Below, piece after piece: positions 62,070-64,000 of a stretch of DNA of 64,000 bases. The notes beneath the pieces were generated by a model, which saw only the letters and a program-made list of their open reading frames with translations, was not told the origin of the DNA and ran no database searches. Origin of the DNA: Macrostomum hystrix (lineage: Eukaryota; Animalia; Platyhelminthes); assembly GCA_950097015.1 (NCBI GenBank), contig CATNEN010000038.1:248001-312000 (forward strand). The letters run 5' to 3'. How positions within the stretch are numbered: the first letter of the stretch is position 1; each line of letters begins with the position of its first letter. Position numbers and translations under genes: made by a program.

Positions 62070-62213
62070 TTAGCGACTTGACTCGCGACTTGAAGGTCGA
62101 GGGTTCGATTCCCGACACCACAGGTAAATTTTTTGTCCTTTAGCAAGACAATTGACTCTGCATTGCTTCAGTTCACCCAGCTGTTAAATGAGTACCAGCA
62201 TCAGCTGGGGTAA
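62070..62213 (+). mobile_element. tRNA-derived SINE family 1 (CORE-like), 5'-degenerate copy
   Basis: CGACTTGAAGGT..GGGTTCGATTCCCGAC is shared with the 28284 copy, followed by GTCCTTTAGCAAGACA...CAGTTCACCCAGCTGTTAAATGAGTACC. Confidence 0.75.
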
Positions 62214-62539
62214 TTGTGGGTGGGTGTGGCGTCCCACCCAATCCAAAGAATTCCGATTCTATGGAAAATAAACTCCGAGACTGCCTACTTGTGGTCGGGA
62301 ACTTTCGACCATAGAACCGGAATTCAGCGACTGTTGTAAAATTTAAACTACTTGAAACACTCTGCAGAACTAAATAGCAGAGGTTTTAATTAATAAAATC
62401 ATAGAAAAAGGTTCATATAATTGGCCTAGTTTTTTAGTCATGATTTGTGAGACCAGACCATAGACCAGGCAAACTTATTGAGGTGTAGACCACGGCGAGA
62501 ACCTAAACGACGACAGCAGGCCACATTAACTGTAGGAAT

Positions 62540-62747
62540 ATGAGACAGGGAGAGATGAGACAGGGGAGAGATGAGACAGGGGAGAGATGAGACAGGGGAG
62601 AGATCAGACAGGGGAGAGATCAGACAGGGGAGAGATGAGACAGAGGTGAGATGAGACGGGAGAGATGAGACAGGGGAGAGATGAGACAGGGGAGAGATGA
62701 GACAGGGGAGAGATAAGACAGAGGTGATCGATGAGACAGGGAGAGAT
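62540..62747 (-). repeat. 16-bp minisatellite (ATGAGACAGGGGAGAG), inverse of the 57885-58890 family
   Basis: The reverse complement CTCTCCCCTGTCTCAT occurs as a unit in 57885-58890. Confidence 0.93.
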
Positions 62748-62951
62748 TAGTCCGAGGAGAGTTGAGACAAGATACGGTTGGAAGGGGCAACGAGCCGGAT
62801 TTGGGAGCTTCGAGGGCCGCATCTGGCGGAGTTTGCTGCAGCCCCTGCCATAGACAAATAAAATGGAGACTTCCTACTCATCCTTAAAAGGTCATTTTTG
62901 GACGCAGTGCATTCCCTGTCCTTTATCTACCATAACGTAACTGTGGGTCCA

Positions 62952-63066
62952 GGAGGTCGGTGGCAGAGCGGTTAACGCGTTTACGTCTCGGACCAAGGTC
63001 CCTGAGCTCGATTCCGCGGCGAGGCCACATTCATTTGGGGCTTAGCCGCGAAGAGAAGGCTTGGGC
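62952..63066 (+). mobile_element. tRNA-derived SINE family 2, 3'-truncated copy
   Basis: A box TGGCAGAGCGGTTAA. TGAGCTCGATTCCGCGGCGAGGCCACATTC is identical to the 30286 copy. Confidence 0.7.
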
Positions 63067-63864
63067 ATGGTTGTTGTCTATGGTCAAAGCCGGAGTGGCT
63101 GGTCAAGGAATGTCTATATAACAACCAGCTGGTGTGTGGCAGAATCATGCTAGCTTGTATAACAGAGACTTTAGCTGACCACTCCCGTGCATTCCTGGGC
63201 TTGTCAAAACGAATTAGTGGCAAATTGTCCAAGGAAAGCGCAGGCAGACAGAAGACAGTAAGTTGAAAGCGATTCGGGCCTCGCATACGGAGACAGCTGC
63301 CTCCCAGTATTTGGAATCCCACAGAGACCCGGCACTGAGTGGAATGGGCTATTAAAACCTCGTAATAATATGCTAGGGGGCCAACAAGCGAAGTCTTCTT
63401 CTGCTGTTTGTTGCTATCGATGTTACTGCCGCTGTGATAATGGCAGACTCTATGTGCTTTCAGAGTCAAATATCTATTACGAGCTATAGGTTGGAGGATA
63501 AGGCAAGTCAAATGAATGATGACAAACGCGAAGAGGTTGTTGAAAGATTTTGTTGGCGAGAGGAGCTTACAAGATACGAGGGCGCAGAGGTGAAGGGGCC
63601 ATTTCCTGTTCTTAGTTTTTAATGGGATATTGTTGCAAAACCATTAAGGAACAGCTGCTGGAAGGCCTAATGAAGGCAGCTCACTTATTTCAGCTGAAAG
63701 CAGAACATGTTTAATGCATTTCCCTGTCTGCTTGCTGTTTTTTTTTCGGGGCTGAGACAGGTATTTGGAAATGATAATAGTGATGTGTGATACCTGATTG
63801 CTTGTTTAGCGAGTGCTGCCTGTGCTTTTGATAATTGATACACTTTTGCTGGTCTTTACAAGGC

Positions 63865-64000
63865 TGCTTCAGAATAAATCCTTCAGGTGCTTCAGTATGA
63901 TTCCTTCAGGTGCTTCAGTATAAATCCCTCAGGTGCTTCATTATAATTCCCTCAGGTGCTTCAGTATAATTCCCTCAGGTGCTTCAGGATAACTCCCTCC
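63865..64000 (+). repeat. 23-bp minisatellite (TTCCCTCAGGTGCTTCAGTATAA), runs off the window
   Basis: CAGGTG at 63907, 63930 and 63953. Confidence 0.93.

Overview
Eukaryotic (metazoan) genomic DNA, not prokaryotic. GC-rich exons sit among about 33 mostly unrelated minisatellite arrays covering roughly 45% of the window by hand tally. This style suggests a free-living flatworm such as Macrostomum, which is an unverified inference. Contents: (1) the 3' end of a Ty3/Gypsy LTR retrotransposon (DD35E integrase, polypurine tract, ~209-bp LTR, 1-1376). (2) The last five coding exons of a + strand MYBBP1A/Pol5-like nucleolar protein gene (1646-8387, ~812 aa visible, 5' part outside the window). (3) A complete 11-exon, - strand unc-5 netrin receptor gene (43584 to 16083, ~1052 aa: signal peptide, 2 Ig, 2 TSP1, TM, ZU5, UPA, death domain), with all ten GT-AG junctions phase-consistent by manual translation. 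(4) Between these convergent genes, two inverted arrays of one 21-bp satellite, one of which appears to grow out of a small TIR element. (5) Two families of tRNA-derived SINEs, two copies each. (6) A ~20-kb repeat-rich region upstream of unc-5 with no recognisable gene. Nearly all long ORFs in the supplied track are tandem-repeat artefacts. Best leads, both hypotheses to test: intronic minisatellites whose units mimic this genome's own branch-point/acceptor/donor signals on the sense strand, and an apparent snapshot of a satellite arising inside a MITE-like element.
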